64,000 nucleotides of DNA from Escherichia coli. GTDB lineage: Bacteria > Pseudomonadota > Gammaproteobacteria > Enterobacterales > Enterobacteriaceae. Both the position numbers and the translations under genes were made by a program. The stretch lies in assembly GCF_029227855.1 (NCBI RefSeq), contig NZ_CP074356.1; one strand, 5' to 3'. Under the pieces are notes generated by a model. The model did not search any database. It had not been told where the DNA came from and saw only the letters and a program-made list of their open reading frames with translations. This document shows, in pieces, positions 1 to 11,039 of this stretch (the first letter of the stretch is position 1; each line of letters starts with the position of its first letter).

Positions 1-1697
1 TCGCGGTGCACCGTCGTCACCTGACCAAAACGGTCATGGTCATAGCGGGTTACATAACCGGAACAGTCGGTAAAGCTCAGCAACTGACCGTAACGGCTCC
101 ACGTCATGGTTTTCCGGCTGCCGGTGGCATCTTCCGTTGCGCAGGGGAAGTCACTGTGTGGATTATCATAACGGTAGCGGGTGATATCGCCGTCAGGGGC
201 GGTTTCCTGAATCAGACGGCCGGATTCATCATATTCCCGGCGCAATTCCAGCCCGTCAGGCCCGGTGGCTGACGTTAACTGGTTGTGGTGGTTATAGTAA
301 AATGCCGATGCCCTGCCATCCGGTGTGGTGATGCGCGTGATGAGGCCCGTCACCACATCCGGGCTGTACTCAGTCGTCCGGCCTGCGGCATCCGTCTGTG
401 CCTTAAGCCCGCCCACCGCGTCAAACTGACTCTGCGTGACGCTGCCGTCCGCGTGTTCCTTTTTCACCATCCGCTTCAGCCCGCCTTCGCCCTGCGTGTG
501 CAGCACTTCACGGCGGTCCAGACTGTCGGTGATGGTGATGCGGTCTTTCTCATACTGATACGTGTAGCTTAAGCCTGCCGGGTTTAGCTGTTCTGTCACC
601 CGCCCGTCGCTGTCGTAACGGTAACGGATATCCGGCCGGCCCGTGTGACGGTGCGCCACCATCCGGCCCCGGTATTTATCATCGTAAGTAAAGCTGCGCA
701 CCTGTGTATTGCTGCGGTCATACACCGCCGCCAGTTCGCCGCGTGGCGTCCAGCCATAGCGCACCAGCGGCGCGGCAGGTAAATTCTCCGGGTATTCCGG
801 GTCGTGCGTCAGCCACACGGCAGACAGACGGATGCCGTTGTCCCGGCCATATTCGGTGTAACCCGGCAGGGTATCAGGAAAAACGGACGGTTCCGTCCCG
901 CCGGAAGAGGCCTGCTGCCGGGCTTCTTCTGCCCGCTGCGCCTGCGTGGTCAGTACCAGCCGGAAGTGACGCCCGGCACCATCCGTCACGCCGGTGATTT
1001 CGCCGCTGAATTCACCGGCGGCTTCGCGGTGGAACGTCTGTGTGCGCCCGAAGCGGTCCACCAGCCCGGTCAGTACCCGGTACGGCGGCAGCGGCGCGGG
1101 CAGCACCTCATCCGCTTCCGGCACCCGCTCACACCAGCCGAGCAGCCACCACGGCCCCTGCGGACTGTTTGTCGCCAGATAACGATGCGGACTTAAGCGG
1201 AGTTCTTCCGGCAGCGCCTGCCAGAGTGCGGCCAGCCGGTGACCTTCATCCAGTTTCAGGACACCGCCGCGCACCAGCCAGAGTGACTCGCTGCGGCTGT
1301 AACCGTCCTCACCGGGAAACAGGTGCTCAAAATACAGGCTTCTGCCGCCGTTATCACTGAGTATCAGTGTGTTATCGCGCAGCTGTAAGCGGATATCCGC
1401 AGGCATTTTCCAGCCGGGGCCGAGGCTCCCCACCGGCGCGGGCGTTTTTGTCCGGTAACTGCTGTAGGTGCGGGAGAGGATGAACGGCAGCGGGCCGGGC
1501 AGGGCAAGGTCGGTTTCGCCGGGAAGGACCTTCGCGCCGAGCAGCGGATTGACCGGATGGCCGGACGTCACCCCGCCGGGGCACACCGAACAGGCCACGC
1601 CGGTGGGGGCACCGATGCGCACCCCGGCTGAACCCTGGACAATGCTACCGCCATACTGCGTCATGTCGCCCTGACGCGCCGCCGGTTTTCCACTCAT
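1..1697 (-). CDS. rhsC: Rhs-family polymorphic toxin core protein, N-terminal ~565 codons; gene continues beyond window position 1
   Basis: Reverse-complement translation from the ATG at 1697-1695 reads MSGKPAARQGDMTQYGGSIVQGSAGVRIGAPTGVACSVCPGG... in one open frame to the window edge. Matches my recollection of the RhsC N-terminus. Absent from the ORF track because there is no stop codon inside the window. Confidence 0.85.
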   Translation of the reverse strand, partial: MSGKPAARQGDMTQYGGSIVQGSAGVRIGAPTGVACSVCPGGVTSGHPVNPLLGAKVLPGETDLALPGPLPFILSRTYSSYRTKTPAPVGSLGPGWKMPADIRLQLRDNTLILSDNGGRSLYFEHLFPGEDGYSRSESLWLVRGGVLKLDEGHRLAALWQALPEELRLSPHRYLATNSPQGPWWLLGWCERVPEADEVLPAPLPPYRVLTGLVDRFGRTQTFHREAAGEFSGEITGVTDGAGRHFRLVLTTQAQRAEEARQQASSGGTEPSVFPDTLPGYTEYGRDNGIRLSAVWLTHDPEYPENLPAAPLVRYGWTPRGELAAVYDRSNTQVRSFTYDDKYRGRMVAHRHTGRPDIRYRYDSDGRVTEQLNPAGLSYTYQYEKDRITITDSLDRREVLHTQGEGGLKRMVKKEHADGSVTQSQFDAVGGLKAQTDAAGRTTEYSPDVVTGLITRITTPDGRASAFYYNHHNQLTSATGPDGLELRREYDESGRLIQETAPDGDITRYRYDNPHSDFPCATEDATGSRKTMTWSRYGQLLSFTDCSGYVTRYDHDRFGQVTTVHR

Positions 1698-1883
1698 CTG
1701 CTCATCCTTGTTTTATCGGGTTATTTGTCTGCTGACAGGCGAAACCCTACAGATTTATAAGAAAGCCTTAAGTGAGATATCTGTCAGATAAGAACAATTA
1801 GGAAAATATTTATATATATTTCATGAATATATATTTCGGTTGGGTAATGCGATGTATAAATACTTACCTGAACGTCTTCCCGA

Positions 1884-1926
1884 CAAAAAAACCGCCAGCG
1901 TTTCCGCTGGCGGTTTTCTTTTCTTT
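1884..1926. terminator. Bidirectional intrinsic terminator between ybfA and rhsC
   Basis: Perfect 10-bp stem accgccagcg / cgctggcggt with loop tttc, flanked by an A-run upstream and a T-run downstream. Confidence 0.7.
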
Positions 1927-1944
1927 GAACGTAATATTTAGCAA

Positions 1945-2151
1945 TCAGTAAAAATCACCAGTTGCCTTTTCTGCCTGATCCATCCACACCGGTTTCTCGC
2001 TGGTTTTCGACCAGACGCGGTGCAGGTAGCTGTAAAAGCGGGCGCGGTCTTTCCAGAAAAGCATGAAAGGCAGCGCCAGAACGCCCGCTGCAACCGCATA
2101 AGTACGGCGTAAAAAGATAAGCCATGCAGGATATTCTCTGTAGAGTTCCAT
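1945..2151 (-). CDS. ybfA: Small membrane protein YbfA (68 aa)
   Basis: ORF track 68 aa [23 protein letters not shown]...; position next to kdp and rhsC as in E. coli. Confidence 0.85.
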   Translation of the reverse strand: MELYREYPAWLIFLRRTYAVAAGVLALPFMLFWKDRARFYSYLHRVWSKTSEKPVWMDQAEKATGDFY

Positions 2152-2360
2152 ACTTTTCTCCCCCTTTTGTATCTACCCGGTGAATGGCACCGGAAAAATG
2201 AATTTGTTTATCTGATGAAAATAGTACCGCCTTTTGTGTAATTTTACTACTCATCCGACCACTTATTTTTGCTTATTGATGGTTTATTTACATTCATCGT
2301 GTAATTAAGTTACACAAAAGTTAAATTAATACTAACCATCAGTTAAATCATGGCTTTTGC

Positions 2361-2384
2361 CATTTTTATACTTTTTTTACATCC
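2361..2384 (+). promoter_or_regulatory. KdpE-binding site of the kdpFABC promoter
   Basis: Sequence catttttatactttttttacatcc, a T-rich element I recall as the KdpE operator upstream of kdpF. Confidence 0.6.
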
Positions 2385-2463
2385 CGCCCGAAGATTTTTG
2401 CGAAATCTTTGCAGCCAGAATTCTACCCTTCCGGTATCACTTTTAGGCCACTGGAGGTGCACT

Positions 2464-2553
2464 GTGAGTGCAGGCGTGATAGCCGGCGTGTTGCTGGTGT
2501 TTTTATTACTGGGTTATCTGGTTTATGCCCTGATCAATGCGGAGGCGTTCTGA
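2464..2553 (+). CDS. kdpF: KdpF, 29-aa stabilising subunit of the Kdp K+-ATPase
   Basis: GTG start at 2464; translation [29 protein letters not shown]; stop TGA overlaps the kdpA ATG (tgATGg). Confidence 0.85.
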   Translation: MSAGVIAGVLLVFLLLGYLVYALINAEAF

Positions 2554-4226
2554 TGGCTGCGCAAGGGTTCTTACTGATTGCCACGTTTTTACTGGTGTTA
2601 ATGGTGCTGGCACGTCCTTTAGGCAGCGGGCTGGCGCGGCTGATTAATGACATACCTCTTCCCGGTACAGCGGGTGTTGAACGCGTACTTTTTCGTTTAC
2701 CTGGCGTCTCTGACAGTGAGATGAACTGGAAGCAGTATCTCTGTGCCATTCTCGGCCTGAACATGCTGGGGCTGGCGGTGCTGTTTTTTATGTTGCTCGG
2801 TCAGCGCTATCTGCCGCTTAATCCACAGCAGTTGCCAGGGCTGTCATGGGATCTGGCGCTGAATACCGCCGTCAGCTTTGTCACCAATACCAACTGGCAA
2901 TCTTATAACGGTGAAACCACGTTGAGCTATTTCAGCCAGATGGCGGGCTTAACGGTGCAAAACTTTCTTTCTGCCGCCAGCGGGATTGCGGTGATTTTTG
3001 CCCTCATTCGTGCATTTACCCGCCAGAGCATGAGCACACTCGGGAATGCCTGGGTCGATCTGCTACGCATCACGTTATGGGTGCTAGTCCCTGTGGCGTT
3101 GTTGATCGCACTGTTTTTTATTCAACAAGGTGCACTGCAAAACTTTCTGCCCTATCAGGCGGTGAATACCGTTGAAGGAGCGAAACAGCTGTTACCAATG
3201 GGTCCGGTGGCTTCTCAGGACGCGATCAAGATGCTCGGCACTAACGGCGGTGGTTTCTTTAATGCCAACTCGTCGCATCCGTTTGAAAACCCAACCGCAC
3301 TGACCAACTTCGTGCAGATGCTGGCGATCTTCTTGATCCCAACAGCGCTGTGCTTTGCCTTTGGTGAAGTGGCGGGCGATCGCCGCCAGGGGCGCATGTT
3401 GCTGTGGGCGATGTCAGTGATTTTTGTCATCTGCGTAGGCGTGGTGATGTGGGCAGAAGTTCAGGGTAATCCTCATCTGCTGGCACTGGGCGCGGACAGC
3501 AGCATCAATATGGAAGGTAAAGAGAGCCGTTTCGGCGTGCTGGTCAGTAGCCTGTTTGCGGTCGTGACTACGGCGGCTTCCTGTGGCGCGGTGATTGCGA
3601 TGCATGATTCGTTTACCGCTCTCGGTGGCATGGTGCCGATGTGGCTGATGCAAATTGGTGAAGTGGTGTTCGGCGGTGTCGGTTCTGGTCTTTACGGCAT
3701 GATGCTGTTTGTCCTGCTGGCGGTGTTTATTGCCGGGCTGATGATTGGTCGTACACCGGAATATCTGGGTAAAAAAATCGACGTACGTGAGATGAAACTG
3801 ACTGCACTGGCGATTCTGGTTACTCCAACACTTGTGCTGATGGGCGCGGCGTTGGCGATGATGACCGACGCCGGACGTAGCGCCATGCTCAACCCTGGCC
3901 CGCATGGTTTTAGCGAAGTGCTGTACGCCGTGTCATCCGCCGCTAACAACAACGGAAGCGCCTTTGCCGGATTAAGCGCCAACTCTCCATTCTGGAACTG
4001 TTTACTGGCGTTCTGCATGTTTGTCGGTCGCTTCGGGGTGATTATCCCGGTGATGGCAATTGCCGGTTCGCTGGTGAGTAAAAAGAGCCAACCCGCCAGC
4101 TCCGGCACGCTGCCAACGCACGGCCCGCTGTTTGTTGGCCTGTTAATCGGCACCGTATTGCTGGTTGGCGCACTGACCTTTATCCCTGCCCTGGCGCTTG
4201 GTCCGGTGGCGGAATATCTCTCCTGA
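2553..4226 (+). CDS. kdpA: Potassium-transporting ATPase subunit A (557 aa)
   Basis: In-frame ATG at 2553 within ORF 2409..4226; [33 protein letters not shown]... matches KdpA; K-12 length 557 aa. Confidence 0.95.
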   Translation: MAAQGFLLIATFLLVLMVLARPLGSGLARLINDIPLPGTAGVERVLFRLPGVSDSEMNWKQYLCAILGLNMLGLAVLFFMLLGQRYLPLNPQQLPGLSWDLALNTAVSFVTNTNWQSYNGETTLSYFSQMAGLTVQNFLSAASGIAVIFALIRAFTRQSMSTLGNAWVDLLRITLWVLVPVALLIALFFIQQGALQNFLPYQAVNTVEGAKQLLPMGPVASQDAIKMLGTNGGGFFNANSSHPFENPTALTNFVQMLAIFLIPTALCFAFGEVAGDRRQGRMLLWAMSVIFVICVGVVMWAEVQGNPHLLALGADSSINMEGKESRFGVLVSSLFAVVTTAASCGAVIAMHDSFTALGGMVPMWLMQIGEVVFGGVGSGLYGMMLFVLLAVFIAGLMIGRTPEYLGKKIDVREMKLTALAILVTPTLVLMGAALAMMTDAGRSAMLNPGPHGFSEVLYAVSSAANNNGSAFAGLSANSPFWNCLLAFCMFVGRFGVIIPVMAIAGSLVSKKSQPASSGTLPTHGPLFVGLLIGTVLLVGALTFIPALALGPVAEYLS

Positions 4227-4248
4227 TGATATTGAGTGAGCACTGAAT

Positions 4249-6297
4249 ATGAGTCGTAAACAACTGGCGCTATTCGAACCAACACTTGTCGTTCAGGCGC
4301 TGAAAGAAGCGGTGAAAAAATTAAACCCGCAGGCGCAATGGCGCAATCCGGTGATGTTTATCGTCTGGATCGGCAGTCTGTTAACCACCTTTATTAGCAT
4401 CGCGATGGCAAGCGGTGCGATGCCTGGCAATGCGCTGTTTAGCGCGGCAATTAGCGGCTGGCTGTGGGTCACCGTACTGTTCGCTAATTTCGCCGAGGCG
4501 CTGGCAGAAGGCCGCAGTAAAGCGCAGGCCAACAGTCTGAAAGGGGTGAAAAAAACTGCCTTTGCCCGCAAGCTTCGTGAGCCGAAATATGGCGCTGCGG
4601 CGGACAAAGTTCCTGCCGATCAACTGCGTAAAGGCGATATCGTACTGGTAGAAGCTGGCGATATTATCCCCTGCGATGGTGAAGTCATTGAAGGGGGCGC
4701 ATCGGTCGATGAAAGCGCCATCACCGGGGAATCGGCACCGGTGATCCGTGAATCCGGCGGCGATTTTGCCTCCGTCACTGGCGGCACGCGTATTCTTTCT
4801 GACTGGCTGGTGATTGAGTGCAGCGTTAACCCCGGCGAGACATTTCTGGATCGAATGATCGCGATGGTGGAAGGCGCGCAGCGACGCAAAACGCCGAACG
4901 AGATTGCCCTGACCATCCTGCTGATTGCCCTGACTATCGTCTTTTTACTGGCAACCGCCACGCTGTGGCCGTTTTCCGCGTGGGGCGGTAATGCAGTCAG
5001 TGTAACGGTACTGGTGGCGCTGCTGGTCTGTCTGATCCCAACCACTATTGGCGGCCTGTTGTCAGCGATCGGCGTCGCCGGGATGAGTCGGATGCTGGGC
5101 GCGAATGTGATTGCCACCAGCGGACGTGCAGTTGAAGCAGCGGGTGACGTTGACGTCCTGCTACTGGATAAAACCGGCACCATCACACTCGGTAACCGTC
5201 AGGCATCGGAGTTTATCCCCGCGCAGGGCGTGGATGAAAAAACGCTGGCTGACGCCGCACAACTGGCTTCGCTGGCTGATGAAACGCCGGAAGGTCGCAG
5301 TATTGTGATCCTCGCCAAGCAACGTTTTAACCTGCGCGAGCGCGATGTGCAGTCGCTCCATGCCACCTTTGTACCGTTTACTGCGCAAAGCCGGATGAGC
5401 GGGATCAACATCGACAACCGCATGATCCGTAAAGGTTCTGTCGATGCCATTCGCCGCCATGTTGAGGCTAATGGTGGTCACTTCCCTGCCGACGTCGATC
5501 AAAAAGTCGATCAAGTAGCACGCCTGGGGGCAACACCGCTGGTCGTGGTGGAAGGTTCCCGCGTGTTGGGCGTTATTGCGCTAAAAGATATCGTCAAAGG
5601 CGGTATTAAAGAGCGCTTCGCCCAACTGCGCAAAATGGGCATTAAAACGGTGATGATTACCGGCGATAACCGTCTGACTGCCGCCGCCATTGCTGCGGAA
5701 GCGGGCGTCGATGATTTCCTCGCCGAAGCGACACCAGAAGCCAAGCTGGCATTGATTCGTCAGTATCAGGCAGAAGGCCGTTTAGTGGCGATGACCGGCG
5801 ATGGCACCAACGATGCTCCGGCGCTGGCGCAGGCAGATGTCGCGGTGGCGATGAACTCCGGTACTCAGGCGGCGAAAGAAGCGGGCAATATGGTGGATCT
5901 CGACTCTAACCCGACCAAGTTGATCGAGGTGGTACATATTGGCAAACAGATGCTGATGACCCGTGGCTCGCTGACCACCTTCAGCATTGCCAACGATGTG
6001 GCGAAATACTTCGCCATTATTCCGGCGGCGTTCGCGGCAACGTATCCACAGTTAAATGCGCTGAACATCATGCGCCTGCATTCGCCCGACTCCGCAATCC
6101 TCAGTGCGGTGATTTTCAACGCCTTGATTATCGTCTTTTTGATTCCCCTAGCGTTAAAAGGCGTGAGTTATAAACCGCTTACCGCTTCTGCCATGTTGCG
6201 CCGTAACTTATGGATTTACGGTCTGGGTGGGCTGCTGGTGCCGTTTATCGGTATCAAAGTCATTGATTTACTGCTGACCGTTTGCGGTCTGGTGTGA
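4249..6297 (+). CDS. kdpB: Potassium-transporting P-type ATPase subunit B (682 aa)
   Basis: ORF track 682 aa with P-type ATPase motifs DKTGTIT and [12 protein letters not shown]. Confidence 0.95.
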   Translation: MSRKQLALFEPTLVVQALKEAVKKLNPQAQWRNPVMFIVWIGSLLTTFISIAMASGAMPGNALFSAAISGWLWVTVLFANFAEALAEGRSKAQANSLKGVKKTAFARKLREPKYGAAADKVPADQLRKGDIVLVEAGDIIPCDGEVIEGGASVDESAITGESAPVIRESGGDFASVTGGTRILSDWLVIECSVNPGETFLDRMIAMVEGAQRRKTPNEIALTILLIALTIVFLLATATLWPFSAWGGNAVSVTVLVALLVCLIPTTIGGLLSAIGVAGMSRMLGANVIATSGRAVEAAGDVDVLLLDKTGTITLGNRQASEFIPAQGVDEKTLADAAQLASLADETPEGRSIVILAKQRFNLRERDVQSLHATFVPFTAQSRMSGINIDNRMIRKGSVDAIRRHVEANGGHFPADVDQKVDQVARLGATPLVVVEGSRVLGVIALKDIVKGGIKERFAQLRKMGIKTVMITGDNRLTAAAIAAEAGVDDFLAEATPEAKLALIRQYQAEGRLVAMTGDGTNDAPALAQADVAVAMNSGTQAAKEAGNMVDLDSNPTKLIEVVHIGKQMLMTRGSLTTFSIANDVAKYFAIIPAAFAATYPQLNALNIMRLHSPDSAILSAVIFNALIIVFLIPLALKGVSYKPLTASAMLRRNLWIYGLGGLLVPFIGIKVIDLLLTVCGLV

Positions 6298-6305
6298 GGT
6301 TTACC

Positions 6306-6878
6306 ATGCGTGGATTACGTCCGACATTATCGACATTTCTCTTTCTGTTATTGATTACTGGCGGCGTTTACCCGCTGCTAACCACCGTGCTGGGGCAATG
6401 GTGGTTTCCCTGGCAGGCCAACGGTTCGTTGATTCGTGAAGGTGATACGGTGCGCGGTTCGGCATTAATCGGGCAGAATTTTACCGGCAACGGCTATTTT
6501 CAGGGTCGCCCGTCGGCAACGGCAGAAATGCCCTATAATCCACAGGCTTCTGGCGGGAGCAACCTGGCGGTCAGTAACCCTGAGCTGGATAAACTAATAG
6601 CCGCACGCGTTGCTGCATTACGGGCCGCTAACCCGGATGCCAGCGCGAACGTTCCGGTTGAACTGGTGACGGCATCGGCAAGCGGGCTGGACAATAACAT
6701 CACCCCGCAAGCGGCAGCCTGGCAGATCCCACGCGTGGCGAAAGCGCGCAATCTCAGCGTTGAACAGCTCACGCAGCTGATCGCAAAATACAGCCAACAA
6801 CCGCTGGTGAAATATATCGGCCAGCCGGTCGTCAACATTGTCGAACTCAATCTGGCGCTGGATAAACTTGATGAATAA
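6306..6878 (+). CDS. kdpC: Potassium-transporting ATPase subunit C (190 aa)
   Basis: Second ATG of ORF 6282..6878 gives the 190-aa K-12 length ([25 protein letters not shown]...); the upstream ATG at 6282 is an alternative start. Confidence 0.85.
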   Translation: MRGLRPTLSTFLFLLLITGGVYPLLTTVLGQWWFPWQANGSLIREGDTVRGSALIGQNFTGNGYFQGRPSATAEMPYNPQASGGSNLAVSNPELDKLIAARVAALRAANPDASANVPVELVTASASGLDNNITPQAAAWQIPRVAKARNLSVEQLTQLIAKYSQQPLVKYIGQPVVNIVELNLALDKLDE

Positions 6879-9555
6879 CGAACCTTTACGTCCCGACCCC
6901 GATCGTCTGCTGGAACAAACTGCCGCGCCGCATCGGGGGAAGCTGAAAGTTTTCTTCGGTGCCTGCGCAGGCGTCGGAAAGACCTGGGCGATGCTGGCAG
7001 AGGCCCAGCGACTGCGGGCGCAAGGGCTGGATATTGTGGTTGGCGTGGTTGAAACCCACGGGCGGAAAGATACCGCCGCAATGCTGGAAGGGCTGGCTGT
7101 TCTGCCGCCCAAACGCCAGGCGTACCGTGGGCGGCATATCAGCGAGTTTGATCTCGATGCCGCCCTCGCCCGCCGTCCGGCGCTGATCTTAATGGACGAA
7201 CTGGCGCACAGTAATGCGCCAGGTTCTCGTCATCCTAAACGCTGGCAGGACATCGAAGAACTGCTGGAAGCGGGCATTGATGTTTTCACTACCGTCAACG
7301 TTCAGCATCTGGAAAGCCTGAATGATGTGGTCAGTGGCGTCACCGGAATTCAGGTACGAGAAACCGTGCCCGATCCTTTTTTCGATGCCGCCGACGACGT
7401 GGTGCTGGTGGACTTGCCCCCGGACGATCTGCGTCAACGGCTGAAAGAAGGTAAAGTCTATATTGCCGGGCAGGCGGAACGCGCCATTGAACATTTTTTT
7501 CGTAAAGGTAATCTGATCGCCCTGCGCGAATTGGCACTGCGCCGTACTGCCGATCGCGTAGATGAGCAAATGCGCGCCTGGCGGGGGCATCCTGGCGAAG
7601 AGAAAGTCTGGCACACGCGCGACGCGATCCTTTTATGCATCGGCCATAACACTGGTAGTGAGAAACTGGTCCGCGCGGCGGCGCGGCTGGCGTCACGGCT
7701 GGGTAGCGTCTGGCACGCGGTGTATGTTGAAACCCCTACCCTGCATCGCTTACCGGAGAAAAAACGTCGGGCAATTCTCAGCGCCTTACGTCTGGCGCAG
7801 GAGCTGGGCGCAGAGACGGCAACACTTTCTGATCCAGCGGAAGAGAAAGCGGTAGTGCGTTATGCCCGTGAACATAATCTCGGCAAGATTATTCTCGGTC
7901 GCCCAGCCTCGCGCCGCTGGTGGCGTCGGGAAACGTTTGCTGACCGACTGGCGCGCATCGCCCCCGATCTCGATCAGGTGCTGGTCGCGCTTGATGAACC
8001 ACCCGCTCGCACGATTAACAACGCGCCGGATAGCCGCTCTTTTAAAGACAAGTGGCGGGTACAGATTCAGGGATGCGTGGTTGCCGCCGCGTTATGCGCC
8101 GTTATCACCTTAATTGCCATGCAGTGGCTGATGGCGTTTGATGCCGCCAACCTGGTGATGCTGTATCTGCTTGGCGTGGTGGTGGTGGCACTGTTTTATG
8201 GGCGCTGGCCTTCGGTGGTCGCCACCGTCATTAATGTGGTGAGTTTCGATCTCTTTTTTATCGCCCCACGCGGCACGCTTGCCGTCTCTGATGTGCAATA
8301 TCTGCTGACCTTCGCGGTGATGTTAACCGTCGGGCTGGTGATCGGGAACCTTACTGCGGGCGTGCGTTATCAGGCGCGGGTAGCCCGTTACCGCGAGCAA
8401 CGCACACGGCACTTATATGAAATGTCGAAAGCTCTGGCGGTGGGCCGCAGTCCGCAGGACATCGCCGCCACCAGCGAACAGTTTATTGCCTCCACGTTTC
8501 ATGCCCGCAGTCAGGTGCTGTTACCCGATGACAACGGTAAATTGCAGCCGTTAACACATCCGCAAGGAATGACCCCGTGGGACGATGCCATCGCGCAGTG
8601 GAGTTTTGATAAAGGCCTGCCTGCGGGCGCGGGCACCGACACGTTACCCGGTGTACCGTACCAGATTTTGCCGCTAAAAAGCGGCGAGAAAACCTACGGA
8701 CTGGTGGTGGTGGAACCGGGGAATCTGCGCCAGTTGATGATCCCGGAACAGCAGCGCCTGCTGGAGACATTTACGTTGTTAGTCGCCAATGCCCTTGAGC
8801 GGCTGACACTGACCGCCAGCGAAGAACAGGCGCGGATGGCAAGCGAACGTGAACAGATCCGCAACGCCCTGCTGGCGGCGCTTTCGCATGATTTACGCAC
8901 TCCGCTCACGGTGCTGTTCGGTCAGGCAGAAATCTTAACGCTCGATCTGGCGAGCGAAGGATCGCCCCACGCCCGCCAGGCCAGCGAGATTCGTCAGCAT
9001 GTGCTGAACACCACCCGACTGGTGAATAATCTACTGGATATGGCACGAATTCAGTCCGGCGGCTTTAATTTGAAGAAAGAGTGGTTAACGCTGGAAGAAG
9101 TGGTCGGCAGCGCGCTGCAAATGCTGGAACCGGGTTTATCGTCGACCATCAATCTTTCTCTGCCAGAACCGCTGACCTTAATCCACGTTGACGGGCCACT
9201 CTTTGAACGGGTGCTGATTAATCTGCTGGAGAACGCGGTGAAATACGCGGGGGCGCAGGCCGAAATTGGTATCAATGCCCACGTTGAGGGCGAAAATCTA
9301 CAACTGGATGTCTGGGATAACGGCCCCGGTCTTCCACCAGGCCAGGAGCAGACGATATTTGATAAGTTTGCTCGCGGGAATAAAGAGTCGGCGGTACCGG
9401 GTGTAGGGCTTGGGTTGGCAATTTGTCGGGCGATAGTGGATGTACACGGCGGCACCATTACCGCATTCAACCGACCGGAAGGTGGTGCCTGTTTTCGTGT
9501 TACACTTCCCCAGCAAACAGCCCCTGAACTTGAAGAATTTCATGAGGATATGTGA
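6871..9555 (+). CDS. kdpD: Sensor histidine kinase KdpD (894 aa)
   Basis: ATG at 6871 inside ORF 6838..9555 gives [16 protein letters not shown]... (894 aa as in K-12); C-terminal HisKA/HATPase region; 5' end overlaps kdpC stop. Confidence 0.95.
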   Translation: MNNEPLRPDPDRLLEQTAAPHRGKLKVFFGACAGVGKTWAMLAEAQRLRAQGLDIVVGVVETHGRKDTAAMLEGLAVLPPKRQAYRGRHISEFDLDAALARRPALILMDELAHSNAPGSRHPKRWQDIEELLEAGIDVFTTVNVQHLESLNDVVSGVTGIQVRETVPDPFFDAADDVVLVDLPPDDLRQRLKEGKVYIAGQAERAIEHFFRKGNLIALRELALRRTADRVDEQMRAWRGHPGEEKVWHTRDAILLCIGHNTGSEKLVRAAARLASRLGSVWHAVYVETPTLHRLPEKKRRAILSALRLAQELGAETATLSDPAEEKAVVRYAREHNLGKIILGRPASRRWWRRETFADRLARIAPDLDQVLVALDEPPARTINNAPDSRSFKDKWRVQIQGCVVAAALCAVITLIAMQWLMAFDAANLVMLYLLGVVVVALFYGRWPSVVATVINVVSFDLFFIAPRGTLAVSDVQYLLTFAVMLTVGLVIGNLTAGVRYQARVARYREQRTRHLYEMSKALAVGRSPQDIAATSEQFIASTFHARSQVLLPDDNGKLQPLTHPQGMTPWDDAIAQWSFDKGLPAGAGTDTLPGVPYQILPLKSGEKTYGLVVVEPGNLRQLMIPEQQRLLETFTLLVANALERLTLTASEEQARMASEREQIRNALLAALSHDLRTPLTVLFGQAEILTLDLASEGSPHARQASEIRQHVLNTTRLVNNLLDMARIQSGGFNLKKEWLTLEEVVGSALQMLEPGLSSTINLSLPEPLTLIHVDGPLFERVLINLLENAVKYAGAQAEIGINAHVEGENLQLDVWDNGPGLPPGQEQTIFDKFARGNKESAVPGVGLGLAICRAIVDVHGGTITAFNRPEGGACFRVTLPQQTAPELEEFHEDM

Positions 9556-10229
9556 CAAACGTTCTGATTGTTGAAGATGAACAGGCTATTCGTCGCTTTC
9601 TGCGCACGGCGCTGGAGGGCGACGGGATGCGCGTCTATGAGGCCGAAACGCTGCAACGCGGCTTGCTGGAAGCGGCTACCCGTAAGCCAGATTTGATTAT
9701 TCTCGATCTCGGCCTGCCCGATGGTGATGGGATTGAGTTTATCCGCGACCTGCGCCAGTGGAGCGCAGTGCCAGTGATTGTGCTTTCCGCACGCAGCGAA
9801 GAGAGCGACAAAATCGCCGCGCTGGATGCCGGAGCGGATGATTACCTGAGTAAGCCGTTTGGCATTGGCGAATTGCAGGCCCGTCTGCGCGTCGCTTTAC
9901 GCCGCCACTCCGCCACCACCGCGCCCGATCCGCTGGTGAAATTTTCCGATGTTACCGTCGATTTAGCAGCTCGTGTGATCCATCGCGGTGAGGAAGAGGT
10001 GCATCTCACCCCGATTGAGTTCCGCCTGCTGGCGGTGCTGCTGAATAACGCCGGGAAAGTGCTCACCCAGCGCCAGCTCCTTAACCAAGTGTGGGGGCCA
10101 AACGCGGTCGAACACAGTCATTATTTGCGTATTTATATGGGACATCTGCGACAAAAACTGGAGCAAGATCCCGCCCGCCCCCGCCACTTCATTACTGAAA
10201 CCGGTATTGGGTATCGGTTTATGCTTTAG
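9552..10229 (+). CDS. kdpE: Response regulator KdpE (225 aa)
   Basis: ORF track 225 aa [17 protein letters not shown]... OmpR-family; start overlaps kdpD stop (ATGA). Confidence 0.95.
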   Translation: MTNVLIVEDEQAIRRFLRTALEGDGMRVYEAETLQRGLLEAATRKPDLIILDLGLPDGDGIEFIRDLRQWSAVPVIVLSARSEESDKIAALDAGADDYLSKPFGIGELQARLRVALRRHSATTAPDPLVKFSDVTVDLAARVIHRGEEEVHLTPIEFRLLAVLLNNAGKVLTQRQLLNQVWGPNAVEHSHYLRIYMGHLRQKLEQDPARPRHFITETGIGYRFML

Positions 10230-10242
10230 GCGGTTAAATGCT

Positions 10243-10328
10243 GGATCCGGCATGAACGCCTTATCCGACCTACACATCGTCCCGTAGGCATGATAAGACG
10301 CGTCAGCGTCGCATCAGGCATGGCACTC
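10243..10328. repeat. REP/BIME-type palindromic repeats in the kdpE-ybfP spacer
   Basis: ggatccggcatgaacgccttatccgacctaca and gtaggcatgataagacgcgtcagcgtcgcatcaggca are typical REP units. Confidence 0.65.
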
Positions 10329-10340
10329 ATCGCGATATGT

Positions 10341-10835
10341 TTAATGCGTATTTATCTGTTTCAACTCTTGCTGGCATTTTTCTGACTGGCAGCGTCGCAA
10401 CTCGATAATCCCGACATGCATCATCGAGCCAAAAAATCCGCTTTCGCTGACATAATCCTCATTAACAATCGGTCGAGTGCCAGGCTTGCCCTGGCAAACC
10501 CGCATAAAAAATGAGGTGTAGCACTGCCAGCCACGATTTAAACTGCTCTTTTCTTGTGGTGACATATCGTGAAGATAAGTAAGTTCTTTTTCGTTCCCGC
10601 CTGACAACTGCCAGCGGCGGGTATTATCAGGTAAGTTATCGCCACGGCAATTTGTCTTACACCGGGAAGGCGCAATATTTACCGCAATGCTACCCGTTAA
10701 TCCTCTGGTTTTATCTTTAGGGGTCAGTAACCAGTCACCAGCTAATGATGATTGTTCAGGTTGGGCGCATGCTGTCAGCAGTAGTGTGGCGGTAATTAAT
10801 GCCACTCTGACGACCAGACTCCTTTTGGTCTTCAT
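10341..10835 (-). CDS. ybfP: Lipoprotein YbfP (about 164 aa)
   Basis: ORF 10341..10886; likely start at internal MKTKRSLVVRVALITATLLLTAC (signal peptide with lipobox LTAC); matches recalled YbfP. Confidence 0.75.
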   Translation of the reverse strand: MKTKRSLVVRVALITATLLLTACAQPEQSSLAGDWLLTPKDKTRGLTGSIAVNIAPSRCKTNCRGDNLPDNTRRWQLSGGNEKELTYLHDMSPQEKSSLNRGWQCYTSFFMRVCQGKPGTRPIVNEDYVSESGFFGSMMHVGIIELRRCQSEKCQQELKQINTH

Positions 10836-10883
10836 TTTGAATTCCCTTGAGCTATTCAGTTTGTTGGCAAAGTGCTCGTTGTT

Positions 10884-10992
10884 CATGCCGGATGCAGCGT
10901 GAACGCCTTATCCGGCCTACAAAATAGCGCAAATTCAATATATTGCACCATCTTCCCAGGCCTGATAAGCGTAGCGCATCAGGCAGTCATAA
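10884..10992. repeat. REP/BIME repeats between ybfP and pgm
   Basis: gccggatgcagcgtgaacgccttatccggcctaca ... ggcctgataagcgtagcgcatcaggca. Confidence 0.65.
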
Positions 10993-11039
10993 GCAAAAAA
11001 GGGCGATCTTCCGACCGCCCTTTTTCTTATTAAATGTGT

